A stretch of 64,000 nucleotides of DNA from Eledone cirrhosa (Eukaryota), in contig OZ024741.1 in the NCBI GenBank assembly GCA_964016885.1, positions 183,210,001-183,274,000 on the forward strand, written 5' to 3'. The translations under genes and the position numbers were made by a program. The notes below the pieces were generated by a model. It saw only the letters and a program-made list of their open reading frames with translations, was not told where the DNA came from and did not search any database. Every line of letters starts with the position of its first letter. Positions within the stretch are counted from its first letter, which is position 1. Shown here one piece after another: positions 38,270-54,820 of this stretch.

Positions 38270-38445
38270 AACTGTTTCTACGTTAGGCACAAGGCCAGCA
38301 ATTACCCAGTGTATTACTGGTACTTTATTTTATCGACCCCGCAAAGTTAACCTCGGCGGGATTTGAACTCAGAATGGCAAGGGCCGTAACTCTATGCGTC
38401 AAAGCATGGCGTCCGACCCTCTACCGATACTGCCAATCCACCGCC
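38270..38445 (-). mobile_element. Meta-type tRNA SINE (internally deleted)
   Basis: Reverse-complement homolog of 19340-19527. Confidence 0.75.
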
Positions 38446-39129
38446 TAATGTACTAGTCACATATAACGTGGGGAGCACATATATAAAAAAGTGCGTGCAC
38501 GTACATCAAATAAAATAAAATAAAATAAGATACTGGAAAAAGGAATGAATACATGAAAAAGATGCAAAGGGGGTCTGTTCATGCCACCCGGACATTATTG
38601 GGATTTTCATAAAGTTACATAAAATACTTGAAGACTGTGATGCATAGGGTTATATAAGATACAGGACTGACTGTCCAAAGGACTGGGTTCGAACCTGCAC
38701 ATCAACCATGCACATGAGACAGGTTTCATGATGGGCGGACACAAAGGACAGTGTGTGTGTACACAACCAAGTTATATATACTGTGAATCTTTAGAATATT
38801 GTTTTCATACTATTTTGTATTAGATGTACATGGAATGTATGCATCTATGGAATATATCAGGAATGTATGGAATATGTGTTTCATAACAGTCTATATGAAA
38901 TGTACATGGAATAGATGCATAAGTGGAATATACCAACGGCATGTATTGTAGGCATGTAAAGTTAGAGTTTGCAACATTAACCCTAAGTCCAGCCTCAAGA
39001 CTAACATCATAGTTGCAAATTAAACATCAAGACTCGAAAATTAAAAATCGAAGATTAAGAATTAAAAATCACAAATTCAAATTCAAACTCAAAACCAGAC
39101 ATAAGGTTGTAAACAAAATCAGACTTATA

Positions 39130-40390
39130 TTGAGTCGGCGTCGCCAGGTTGGTGGGGCGGTGCTATCCTAGGTACGTTACGAGGTAGGTATCGTTGGATT
39201 TGCCATTGATATCAGCTTGTTCCGCCTTGGATTCATAGGTATGTTCTGGCATATCGTGGTCCGCTGCATGCTCCCCACCTGGCATTCTCTTACCGGTAGG
39301 GCCTTAGAAAGATTCATCCGGTATCACTAAAGTGGATAGCGTGCATTTACGTTGGTGTCTGCAGGCCATGATCTCAGCTTGACTGCGTCGCCCTTTAGTT
39401 TGACTATCTCCATAGCCTCGGACAGGCACAACTTGCACCTCCACTCGCCAGGCGAGTACGCATTCGCGTGCTGGACCATACTCCAGCTGAGGTCAAACTC
39501 CGTGCCACTGTCTTTGAGTCCCCATATTAGGTCCACCAGTCTAGTAGAGTGTCTCTTGTTCCTGTCTTTGAAAGAGTTCTTGTGATTGTACATCCTCGAC
39601 TTAAAAGTCGTGGATGTTGCCCCAATGTAGGTGCGCCTATCATTTTGCGTGGTAACCACACATCTGTAAACAACGCCCTTTGTCAGCGCCATTCCCTGCA
39701 GAGGGCACGGTTCACCTACACGGCAGTTGCATGTCCGTGCGTCATTTTTGTCGTTCCCTTTATGTGGGCCTGAAGTCTTATTTGGGTTCCCCCTGGTCCT
39801 CATGTGGTGTTCCGGCAGGGTGGTGGACTCATTGTTCACCACCTGCTGGTCTCTGCCGTCAGGTGTTGTGTCCTCCACGTCCACATCTCCGCCCCCAGGA
39901 ACATCTACAGAACCACTAGCCATTTCCCCAAGCGGTCCCCCCCCCCGGTGTGCCTGAGGCCTGTAAAGTTTGGTGGTGGGGTGCCCTCATTTTCATTGCG
40001 TTGGCCTTGGCCATGTAGTCTGCCATGTTGGGTGACGTGGAAAAGGAGAACTTCACGGTGTGGCGGTTGAATAGTTTGTGGTACCTGTGGGATACCGGGA
40101 AACACGCATCCAATGCCCTGAAGAAGAGGCCTGGTACGTTAGTGCATACATGCTTCGAGTATGGTACATTGAACCATGTTATGTTTCTACAACTATTCTT
40201 ATTTCGTCGTCTGCTACTTGTAATGTTTGCAGTGTCGTGTTGTCTTCTCGTGTTGCGCTCTATTCCTATTTGATCCTCTATTCTATCTCTATGCTTAGAA
40301 CTACTATTTATGTCGGGAGAGAGGCATTCGCTTACTATGACACGTTTACTAGCCCTAGTTTTCATCCCCGTCCTGCTACCCGAGTATCCC
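39130..40390 (-). mobile_element. Truncated, frameshifted second Naiad-type Penelope element
   Basis: RNITWFNVPYS..HRYHKLFNRHTVKFSFSTSPNM; CNCRVGEPCPLQG..VVYRC..YIG..FKSRMYNH..CKLCLSE. Confidence 0.88.
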
Positions 40391-40470
40391 GCCGTATCAG
40401 TGTTAGTATTCTTTATCCTGGTGTTATCTCTATCTTGTTCTATGTCCTATGCTTACTATATATATGTATA

Positions 40471-40533
<63 letters not shown>

Positions 40534-40542
40534 TATATATAT

Positions 40543-40778
40543 ATATTAATAAGAGGAATTCCAACTTTGTCTGATTTACTCGTTTTATTTACAATCTTTT
40601 AAAATTTATAATGGTATTATAATGAAATAGTATGATAGAATATTAAATGTTAAGTGTTAATTAACACTTAACATTTAATATTCTATCATACTATTTCATT
40701 ATAATACCATTATAAATTTTAAAGGATTGTAAATAAAACGAGTAAAACAGACAAAGTTGGAATTCCTCTTATTAATAT
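40543..40778. repeat. Near-perfect spacer-less palindrome (~118-bp arms, centre 40660/40661)
   Basis: ...AATGTTAAGTGTTAA|TTAACACTTAACATT...; about two mismatches over the arms. Confidence 0.92.
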
Positions 40779-41034
40779 AATCTTCTATACACAATCATAC
40801 ACACCCGTGTATATCTATCTATCTATCTATCTTGATAGAGTAAGACACGCTTCGCATCGGCTCCGCTATTCCATCGGGATTTACCCTTACTATTGTAAGT
40901 ACCGGATAAAATTTTTAGTGCAACACATTTGGAACACTAACCCCTGTTATTTAGGGAAACATTTTTGCATTTACCCCCTTTTTAGGGGGTAAAATAAATA
41001 TCTATTTTTGCCGAAAAATTTCTTTCTTGGCAGC

Positions 41035-42871
41035 ATGGCGGAAAAGATGGCAGACATGTCTGCCATTAGCTCTGCCACGCCCCCCAAGTCTGAAGAACAA
41101 AAAATAATTACAACAAAATTAGACATTGAAACAAACAAACAAAATGAAAAAACAAATGTTAAGGAAAATGAGCAAACAGAAAACAAACAAACAGAAAATA
41201 ATACAAATAACGACAGGGCAACTTTCGCCCAGAAAACAAAGCAATCCATTACATACACACCAATTGACCTAACTGCCGCCAGAGAAAAACTGGCCGAAGC
41301 AAAGAAACATATTGTTTTGGGAGAGAACGGAATGTTTTCCATTAACTCCCCCCCAGAATTCAAGAAAGCCAGAGAAGAAAACACAGTTATATACAGAACT
41401 ATACTAAACCAGTCAAGAAAGCCAGCACAGCCCAGCCAAATGGAAATAGAGTTAGTCCTAAAAGACTATATGAAGAATATTCTCTTCATACGAAAGGACC
41501 GACTCTATGGCAGCATTTCGGTCCTAACAAGAGACAAAGAAACGGCGGTTCAGCTTTCCCTAAGCCCACTCTCGTCGACAACATATAGCTTCTATCCCTC
41601 CTACATGGGTAGAAGAACACAGAGGGTAAAAGTAAAAACAATGCTGCCCACAATGGACTTCTGGTGGGCTATTGCTGGCTTCATTGATATGGGCGAAGAC
41701 ACTATGCTGTCAATGGGGAAGGCAACTGGAGATGCGTTCCTGGGAATGGGCCTCGACATACTAGTCCAAATGAGGCCCGAAAGAATAGCACAAATCCCGG
41801 ATCGCATCTGGCTGGATGACCTTACCCCAATAGACATAATTGTAGAGGGGAGAAGACCAGCATGCTATTTATGCATGGAAAGGGGACACGTTAAGGCTAA
41901 CTGCCCGAAACGTATCCCCCAAAAAGGACTATTGCCCACACCCACCACAAACAGTACACCAGCACCACCCACCTCCAAAAATACACTAATACCACACACA
42001 GCAAACAAAATACAGACACCACCAACCACAAACACAACACAAACATCACCACCACCAGCACCAAACACAAGCACGACACAAAAATCACCACCACCAACCA
42101 CAACACAAACATCACCACCACCATTACCAACCACAAGCACGACACAAACATTACCACCACCACCACCACAAAACCCATTCCAAACAAATAATAAAAAAAA
42201 CAGTAACAAATCTACCCCTCCCGCAAAAAAAAAAACAACCACACAACACGTCCCTCCCACCTAGCGCTGAAGAGTTTCCCCCAACTTCTGAAGAAGAAGG
42301 AGGAGAAGCCTTCAGACAAGTTAAAAGAAAAAAAAGAAAACACACACCCAGCACACCACAAATAACCCACACACAAACACCAACTCCAATCAAAAACACC
42401 CCACCCTCAACAAACAAAAATAAATCTGCGCCTCCCCTCTCCGAAACATTGACAGCATCACAAAAAAAGACGTTGCAATACACATATATAAATAAAGAAA
42501 ACAAAAAACTGGTTAAATTAATAAACAATAACCCTATGGTGCAGACCGAAGGGCCAAACTTTATCTCAACAGAGAACTTCACCCATTTAAAAATGATAAA
42601 GGTCCCTCTGGACCTTTATCGTTCCTTAAAAGAACAATTTAGACGGGACGTGAGCCCCCCCTGTTTAAAACCGTTGAATCGCGTCCTCTTGAAAGATTTC
42701 CCCATAACCGCCCCTCTCCCTGACACAACTCCAAATACCCCAACCCCACCACACACGTGTACCCCCACACCACCACAAAACATCCCTCCACCCAACACAC
42801 CTGATGCCATGGAAATTACGCAACCCGGAGAGGTAAGTGCTTTTCTTTCTTCACTTTCAACACCAAAATAG
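41035..42871 (+). CDS. ORF1 Gag-like protein with one CCHC knuckle; split by a 1-nt frameshift, probably in an A-tract near 42193-42235
   Basis: CYLCMERGHVKANC; Pro/Thr-rich region; the +1 frame continues open (EEEGGEAFRQVKRKKRK...) into ORF 42449-42871. Confidence 0.75.
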
Positions 42872-42876
42872 ATCAA

Positions 42877-45800
42877 TTGAGAGTTGGCTGTTTGAACGCG
42901 CGTGGCCTGAGCTCAGCTTGGAAGCAAGCAAAGCTTCTAAGTGACCTCAGGTCACAAAGTATAGATGTGATGGTTGTTTGCGAGAGTCGGATCAGCAGCG
43001 TGAGACAGCTGGCGCCCGCCTTCGATGACTTTGAGATGCACGCATCTCTCTGTCAACCCGGAGGCGGGGGGGGAGTTGCCGTACTGCTGGATAAACGTCT
43101 AACTCTCGACGTACAGATTGTTCACTCGGACCCGGGGGGTCGATTACTGGTGCTGGACGTCGGAGGTGGTGAAGGCGGGGCTTTCAGACTGGTCGGTCTT
43201 TATGCTCCCTTCGGGGCGGAGAGAGCCGACTTCTTCCAACGTCTGGAGACTTTTCTAGGAACGTCGCGTTCCCTGCTTTTAGTGGGGGACTGGAATGGAA
43301 TCCTAGATGCGCGTTGGGACTATGCAGGGGCATGTCCCGATAGAGGGGGGTGTAGCAGCCTCAAGGGGTTGCTCGATCGATTCGACCTGGTCGATAGATT
43401 TCGACTAGATTGTCCAACTGCGCCAACCTGGACCTGGGCAAACCGCAGTGGACAATCTAGATCGTACCTAGATAGGTTTTTGGTTAGGAGTAAGGATAGG
43501 GACGTATTTAGTTGTCCAGAACTGATCATGGTTGGCTATTCAGATCACAAATTAGTGACCTGCGTGGTCAACCTTGATAGAACGCATAGACAGGGTCCCG
43601 GTTACTGGAAGATGAACTTGTCCTTACCGACAAAGAAAGATTACAGAAACCGGATTAGTAGCTTAGTTAAGATGCGGTTGACGGGAGCGATCGTCAACAG
43701 TAGGTGGTGGATATCTCTAAAGAGAGAGATTAGAGTAAGTTCGATAGGTTACAGTAAGGAACTTGCGGCGAATAGAAATAGGAGGGAAAGGGAGTTAACA
43801 GATAAACTAGAAGAGGCGATTAGGAGCGGAGACGTAGCCAGAGTGTTAGCGACGAGAACGGCATTGAGCCAGTTCTTTGACACGAAGCACGAAGGCTGCG
43901 TTGTCCGAAGTAAAATACGTGCTTTAGGAAACGAGGGGACCAAAGCTGTTAGCTGGGCCCGCGTGACAGAAGCCAAGAGTGGGATTAAATCCACCATTCG
44001 GTCTTTGCGAGACCAGGATGGACGGGTGATCCTTGAACCTGAGCGAATGTGCGAGACCTTTCAAAGGCACTTTGCTCGACTGTTCGGAGGTGGCGGGGGG
44101 CCGGACGGGGATGTGGACTTCGGTCCATACCTCGACGGTCTACCGCGTCTTTCGAGCGGCGAAGCGGAGTGCTGCGAAGGGCCAATCACAGCCACTGAAA
44201 TCGGGGAAGCGCTCAGCCAATGCAGCAGACGCAAATCCCCGGGTCTCGATGGTCTACCATACGAACTTTATTTAGCTATGCCGGTCTTGTTCTCCGAACT
44301 CCTCGAGGCTGTCTATTGCAACTGGCAACAGAACGGGAGAATTCCCTGTTCTGTGACCAAGGGCGTGGTCACGCTAGTGAGGAAGGACGAGAGCAAGGGG
44401 GACGACTTAAGTAACTTTAGGTCCATAACTCTGCTGAATGCAGAGTTACAGATTTTGGCCAAGGTGTTGGCGAAGAGGTTGGCGCTTGTGGTGGGTGGTT
44501 TGGTGGGAGACGCGCAGACATGCGCTATCCCGTCCAGGTCCATTCACGACAACCTCCACCTCATGCGATACATCATAGAGAGGGTTGGCTACGAACCCGG
44601 CTTTGGTGGGGCCCTGATCAACTTGGATCAATCTAAGGCGTTCGATAGGGTCGACCATGGTTACCTGGATGCGGTGCTAGCGGCGGCGGGCTTCGGACCC
44701 GTTTTCAGGGGCTGGATTTCTGCCATGCACAGTGGCAACATCTACTCTAGGATTAAAGTAAACGGCTACCTCTCGGAGCCGTTTCAAATCACCCGATCCA
44801 TCAGACAGGGGTGCCCCCTCTCCTCCCTTCTGTACGTATTGACTCTCGAGCCACTGCTGCGGAAGTTGGAGTTGCTGCGGGGCATACCCCTGGAACCGGG
44901 ATTGCACAAAGCGGTCTCGGCCTATGCCGACGACGTAACAGTAATGGTGGCGGACGCCTCGGAAATCGGGGCGATCGCCACCCTACTGGAGGAATACGAA
45001 AGGCTGACGGGGGCTAAGCTGAACCAGGACAAGTCAGTCGGTTTGCAACTCGGAACGTGGAGGGGCAAACCGATGCCGTTAGACGGTGTCGTCGGGCGGT
45101 GGACGGAGGGCCCGGTGAAGCTGCTCGGGGTCTGGTTCGGACCGGACCTCCAGGTGGAGAAGAATTGGGGCGAGGTGACGAGCAGGGTGTTTGCGCTGAC
45201 CCAGAAGTGGGCCAAGTGCAAACTATCACTGAAAGGTCGGGCGGAGGTGACGAACGCTTACATAGCGTCCGTCATCTACTACCGCCTGACCGTCGTGCCT
45301 TGCCCCAAGGAAAAGCTCACCATCATGGAACGCATGCTCTTCCAGTTCCTCTGGAAGAAGCGGCCTCCCATGGTGAGGAGATCCATCTGCTGCCAGCACC
45401 CTTCGAAAGGAGGGCTGGGTATGCCGTGGCTGTTGATGCGTAGGCACGCATTGAGGCTACGGCATCTACAGGTATTCCTCAACGGTCAGCCGGTGTGGGC
45501 CCCGTTTGTGAGGCGAGCCTTCCCACAGCTCGTCTCGCTCACCGAACTGCAATCCTGGGTGAAGCAAAGACCGAGAAAACTGGGCAACTGGCACACTGAG
45601 TGTGCCCAGGCGCTCACGGCTATCTGGCAAGCGGACCCGACTGTCAGTAGAGAATCCACCTCAACATTCTATAGAGGGTTGGTGGCTAGCAGGGGCGACG
45701 ACACCCTTGGAGAGTCGCTAGGCATGGAGGAGGACGAACTGGCCAGCCTGTTCGGTAGAACTTTCGGCCCGGGACCCATGGACAACTTCCAGAGGTCCCT

Positions 45801-46305
45801 AGCCTGGCAGTGTTACCGGGGGGCTCTGCCCGTTCGAGAAAAGCTCTACAGACACGGGCGCCCGGGCAGGGATCCCGCGAAAAAGATCTGTCCCAGATGC
45901 GTGCGCGACGAGGAAACCGTTGCGCATGCACTGGTACACTGCCCGGGCGTTGCCGATCTGTGGGGCTACGTCGAACGACTGCTGTCGCGTGTGGCGCCGA
46001 TTCGATTAACCGCCGAGTCTGTGGTGAACATCAAGCCGCCTCCTCCCTTCAGAAATGAAGCAGAGGCGGTCTTTCTGTGCGTAATAGCCATGATGAAAGA
46101 GGTTGTGTGGTGGACGCGCCTGAAAGGTCTGAGGTCGGGTGACTTTCTCTCCGGCCATCACCTGGTTTACTTCTTCCGATACCACTTCGGAAGAAGAATC
46201 AGGATGGAGAGAGAAGTGCTTGGTCCCAGACAGTTTTATGAAAGGTGGGTGAAAGAAGCGAGAATGGCCCGTGTAAATGGGCCTTCTCTCTACATTGTTC
46301 TGTAG
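42877..46305 (+). CDS. ORF2: AP endonuclease + reverse transcriptase + C-terminal CCHC finger (1142 aa, intact, no AUG start)
   Basis: LNARGL, GDWN, SYLDRF, SDH (APE); KSPGLDGLP, LDQSKAFDRVDH, RQGCPLS, YADD (RT); CPRC..ETVAHALVHC. Confidence 0.95.
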   Translation: MRVGCLNARGLSSAWKQAKLLSDLRSQSIDVMVVCESRISSVRQLAPAFDDFEMHASLCQPGGGGGVAVLLDKRLTLDVQIVHSDPGGRLLVLDVGGGEGGAFRLVGLYAPFGAERADFFQRLETFLGTSRSLLLVGDWNGILDARWDYAGACPDRGGCSSLKGLLDRFDLVDRFRLDCPTAPTWTWANRSGQSRSYLDRFLVRSKDRDVFSCPELIMVGYSDHKLVTCVVNLDRTHRQGPGYWKMNLSLPTKKDYRNRISSLVKMRLTGAIVNSRWWISLKREIRVSSIGYSKELAANRNRRERELTDKLEEAIRSGDVARVLATRTALSQFFDTKHEGCVVRSKIRALGNEGTKAVSWARVTEAKSGIKSTIRSLRDQDGRVILEPERMCETFQRHFARLFGGGGGPDGDVDFGPYLDGLPRLSSGEAECCEGPITATEIGEALSQCSRRKSPGLDGLPYELYLAMPVLFSELLEAVYCNWQQNGRIPCSVTKGVVTLVRKDESKGDDLSNFRSITLLNAELQILAKVLAKRLALVVGGLVGDAQTCAIPSRSIHDNLHLMRYIIERVGYEPGFGGALINLDQSKAFDRVDHGYLDAVLAAAGFGPVFRGWISAMHSGNIYSRIKVNGYLSEPFQITRSIRQGCPLSSLLYVLTLEPLLRKLELLRGIPLEPGLHKAVSAYADDVTVMVADASEIGAIATLLEEYERLTGAKLNQDKSVGLQLGTWRGKPMPLDGVVGRWTEGPVKLLGVWFGPDLQVEKNWGEVTSRVFALTQKWAKCKLSLKGRAEVTNAYIASVIYYRLTVVPCPKEKLTIMERMLFQFLWKKRPPMVRRSICCQHPSKGGLGMPWLLMRRHALRLRHLQVFLNGQPVWAPFVRRAFPQLVSLTELQSWVKQRPRKLGNWHTECAQALTAIWQADPTVSRESTSTFYRGLVASRGDDTLGESLGMEEDELASLFGRTFGPGPMDNFQRSLAWQCYRGALPVREKLYRHGRPGRDPAKKICPRCVRDEETVAHALVHCPGVADLWGYVERLLSRVAPIRLTAESVVNIKPPPPFRNEAEAVFLCVIAMMKEVVWWTRLKGLRSGDFLSGHHLVYFFRYHFGRRIRMEREVLGPRQFYERWVKEARMARVNGPSLYIVL

Positions 46306-46926
46306 GTGAAGAAGTGAAGAGGAAAGGGGGAGCGCCTCCTCTCTGGGCTTCCCCCGCGAAAAGAGTTGCACACTTTTCGGGGGTATGTGCAATCCCCAAC
46401 ACGCCCCCTCCCTTTTGAGGACTTTTTATTGTTATATTATTATTGTTATTCCTTTTTTCTTTACTCGATTTATGTAAACTCCCCCACTGTGTAAATGTCC
46501 CCTTCTTTTGTGCCCTCGTGGCAAATAAATAGAAATTTATCTATCTATCTATCTATATATTTATATATATATATCTATAAACCTATTCACGCCACTGGGA
46601 CGAAGCTAGTATGATGTGTATATTTCTAGTAAATACTACACGTGCTGGCTAGTCGCTGATTTGAAGTGTAAACACGGATTGCTGGAAATTTCTTCCTTGT
46701 TGATAATCCAAGTCTCCACTTCTGTGGTTTACCATCTGATTAATTGGTGAAATATATTTCTTTAATGGAATATATACAGGGAAGATTAATCATATTATAA
46801 GGTATCTATTTTTGAAGTTCTGGTCAACTTTATTTAGTTACCTATCTAGCTAAGTGTGCTTACACACTTGTAAAAATTATCTCCTGTGATTATTCATGTT
46901 TATTTATATGTTAATCAATCTCTAGT

Positions 46927-50368
<3,442 letters not shown>

Positions 50369-50640
50369 AGGAATAGGCTCACTGCCTCTAATACCACAGT
50401 AAACCCCGGAGCCACCCAACAGAACCAGCACGCGGGACGCACCGGAACCCGGACAGGCCCAACTAGCACACCGGAACCCAACCACCCTGTGCTGATTGCG
50501 GAGGCTACCCAGCCAACCCCGGGTGATGGTAACCACGCGGTACACGTGGTGGGGCTTAAGAAGTCATGTAATTGCAGAGACCCATCGCTATGCCCCCTTA
50601 GTAATGAATGCATGACGAAAAACGTAGTCTACAGGTGCAA
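50369..50640 (+). mobile_element. Third Naiad-type Penelope fragment (linker and zinc knuckle) interrupted by a SINE
   Basis: KKSCNCRDPSLCPLSNECMTKNVVYRC parallels RRCNCPDRSICPLDNRCRDRNVIYQC of the intact ORF. Confidence 0.8.
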
Positions 50641-50935
50641 GGGTGGGACGGGAATTGATTCTGGCTTGATTTCTACAGCTGGATGCCCTTCCTAACACCA
50701 ACCTCATTTACAGAGAGTGCTGGGTGCTTTTTTGCCGTGGCACCTACACGACCACTTTGCAGTGGAATGATAGGGACCCCAGTTCCTATCATCTCATTTC
50801 TACAGCTGAGTAAACTGGAGCAATGTGAAATCAAGTGTCTTGCTCAAGGAAACAACACATTACCCGGTCTGAGAATTGAACTCACAACCTTTCGATTACA
50901 AGGCCAATGCTGTAACCACTAAGCCATGTGCCTCC
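50636..50935 (-). mobile_element. CORE-type tRNA SINE (copy of 1550-1898, tail clipped)
   Basis: Highly similar to 1592-1898. Confidence 0.85.
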
Positions 50936-50937
50936 AT

Positions 50938-51106
50938 CTGGAAATACTGCAATACCAGGTCAACCCGTGGCAAAGGTGGAGCAAACCCCTAACTCTTCAC
51001 CTAGTTCTAAAAATCATTTTAATATCGATGGTCCCATATAGGGACCATATCAGATATTAAGCTGATAAGAACAGATACTACACTTTGATCTTAGCCAAAA
51101 GGCCGA
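50938..51106 (-). pseudogene. U2: U2 snRNA copy lacking ~8 nt at the 5' end and the last ~10 nt
   Basis: Minus strand TCGGCCTTTTGGCTAAGATCAAAGTGTAGTATCTGTTCTTATCAGCTTAATATCTGAT..., Sm-like ATTTTTAG, stem-loop IV CTGGTATTGCAGTATTTCCAG. Confidence 0.93.
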
Positions 51107-51109
51107 ATA

Positions 51110-52707
51110 CTACCAGTTTAGCCCGGCGTTGCTCGGGTTTGTTCATTTGCTATGAAAAGTTACATGCAGGTAAACGTGGCTTGAAAGCGAATAAGCTTAT
51201 CAATTAAGTGCATAAAGCAGTTGAACCGGTTATTATAAGTTACGAACCAATTAGCATTTTGGACAATCAATGATGGGTTAATAATCTTCCAATAGCGAAT
51301 TTAGCAGACCAAAGTTGCAAGATGGTGGCCCTGATGCCGCTGGGTGTCAGATCTGTCCGCCATGGGTGACCCTACCAGGAAATAGTTTTCCAGACGGCAT
51401 AGCTCCAACACCTCCAACACCTGCACCAACATCTATAGCACCTCTTTGTAGACGATATTGCATGTCATCCCTTGAGGAGTGTAAGCAAAAAGTCCATTCC
51501 TGCTTCCTACTCGGGAACAGGCAAGATAAAGTTGGCCATGGGAGAAGCATGGCTCCCTCAAATGGATGCCCGTCACTGACAATGTTTGCCCTTGTGACTT
51601 GTTAATGGACATGGCAAAACACGGTCTCACCGGGAATTGGGATCGCCGGAAATCGAACGTGATATCTGACGCCGAGGGGAAAAGGTTCATCCTTGGCAGT
51701 GTATTCGGCAGAATTGCCAGAAGTACAACACTATGGGTGTTGTCATATTAATATTTAACCAATAAAGTCGTAAAAAATAAATAATTTAAACATTCTGATT
51801 CATATGTCTATAGCATTAATCTGTTATATGAAGTGTTATTTTGCGGGTTGTTATTTGCAATAAGTCACTTTAAAATGCCCCAGGAAAGCCGTATGTCAAT
51901 ATGGAACTCCAATGGCTCCCCCAGCAGTTAAATTATAGAGAGGGGGAATAATCTATTATAGAGAGAGGGAAGAGCGATGGAGAGAGTAAAGCTAAGAAAT
52001 TATAGGGAGGTGTGTAAAACAGTGTTGTCATATAGAGAGTGAAGAGTGACAAAGAGAGAGTGAAGCAGTTAAATTATAGAGAGGGGGAATGATCTATTAT
52101 AGAGAGAGGGAAGAGCGACAGAGAGAGTAAAGCTAAGAAACTATAGGAAGGTGTGTTAAACCTCAAAGCATGAAGAGAGTAAAGCAGTTAAATTATAGAG
52201 AGAGGGAATAATCAATTATAGGGAGAGGGAAGAGCGACGGAGAGAGTAAAGCTATGTTTGTTGTATAAATTGATGTGTTGCTTAGTTTTCAAAGTTTATG
52301 TCGCGTTCCTGAACGAAGTTTTGTCGCTGTTGTAAACTGTAATTGTGATAGGGTAGTAGAGAGAGGCATTAAACTTTTAAAGAGAGTTGCAGATGAGATT
52401 GAGAGGGGAGTAGAGGGAGGGATGAACCTTTTAAAGAGAGTTGCAACATGTATGTAGTTTCATAGATTGTTGAGGGTAGTAGAGAGAGAGATTAAGCATG
52501 TAAGCGAGAGGGTTACAGCATGTATTTAGTTTTATCGATTTTTTTCATAGAAGCAGGAAATGTTTGGCAAAGTTTATTACGCGTTGACCATCGTTGGTAA
52601 ATTTGGAGCACATTGGAAAAAAATCATCAAAATCGGTAGAAAAATGTGGAAATGCATAAAAATCATACACACACACACAGATATCTTCCGTTTTATATAT
52701 ATATAGT
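51110..52707 (-). mobile_element. Non-autonomous Helitron with a Pif1-like helicase C-terminal remnant
   Basis: ORF 51433-51690(-): RRSQFPVRPCFAMSINKSQGQTL..FSHGQLYLACSRV..NIVYKEVL; 3' hairpin CCCGAGCAACGCCGGG followed by CTGGTAG; 5' CTATATATATAAAACGGAAG; three internal ~120-140 bp tandem repeats at 51923-52255. Confidence 0.88.
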
Positions 52708-52731
52708 ATATATATGTATATATATATATAC

Positions 52732-52764
<33 letters not shown>

Positions 52765-52767
52765 CAG

Positions 52768-54638
<1,871 letters not shown>

Positions 54639-54820
54639 TGATATATATGTATATATTATATATATGTATATATTATATATGTATATATGTATATATATGT
54701 ATATATGTATATATATGTATATACGTATATATATGTATATGTAGATATATATGTATATATATATGTATATATGTATATATATATGTATGAAAAATGGTGT
54801 GCTGTGTTGTTGCAAATGTG

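Larger units (their letters stand above)
40833..46538 (+). mobile_element. Full-length Tx1-like (L1-group) non-LTR retrotransposon in (ATCT)n
   Basis: 5'UTR, ORF1, ORF2 and 3'UTR with AATAAA; ATCT repeats on both sides (possible ~16-bp TSD). Confidence 0.92.

Noticed and set aside
42833-42871. Intron fusing ORF1 to ORF2
   Set aside because: It would be only 39 nt, and splicing gives GAG ATC AAT TGA, a stop rather than the ORF2 frame.
50938-51106. Functional U2 gene, or a Keno/Utopia target-site insertion
   Set aside because: Both ends are truncated with no promoter or 3' box context; U2 is not interrupted near nt 37-38, and the Tx1 element is 4.4 kb away.
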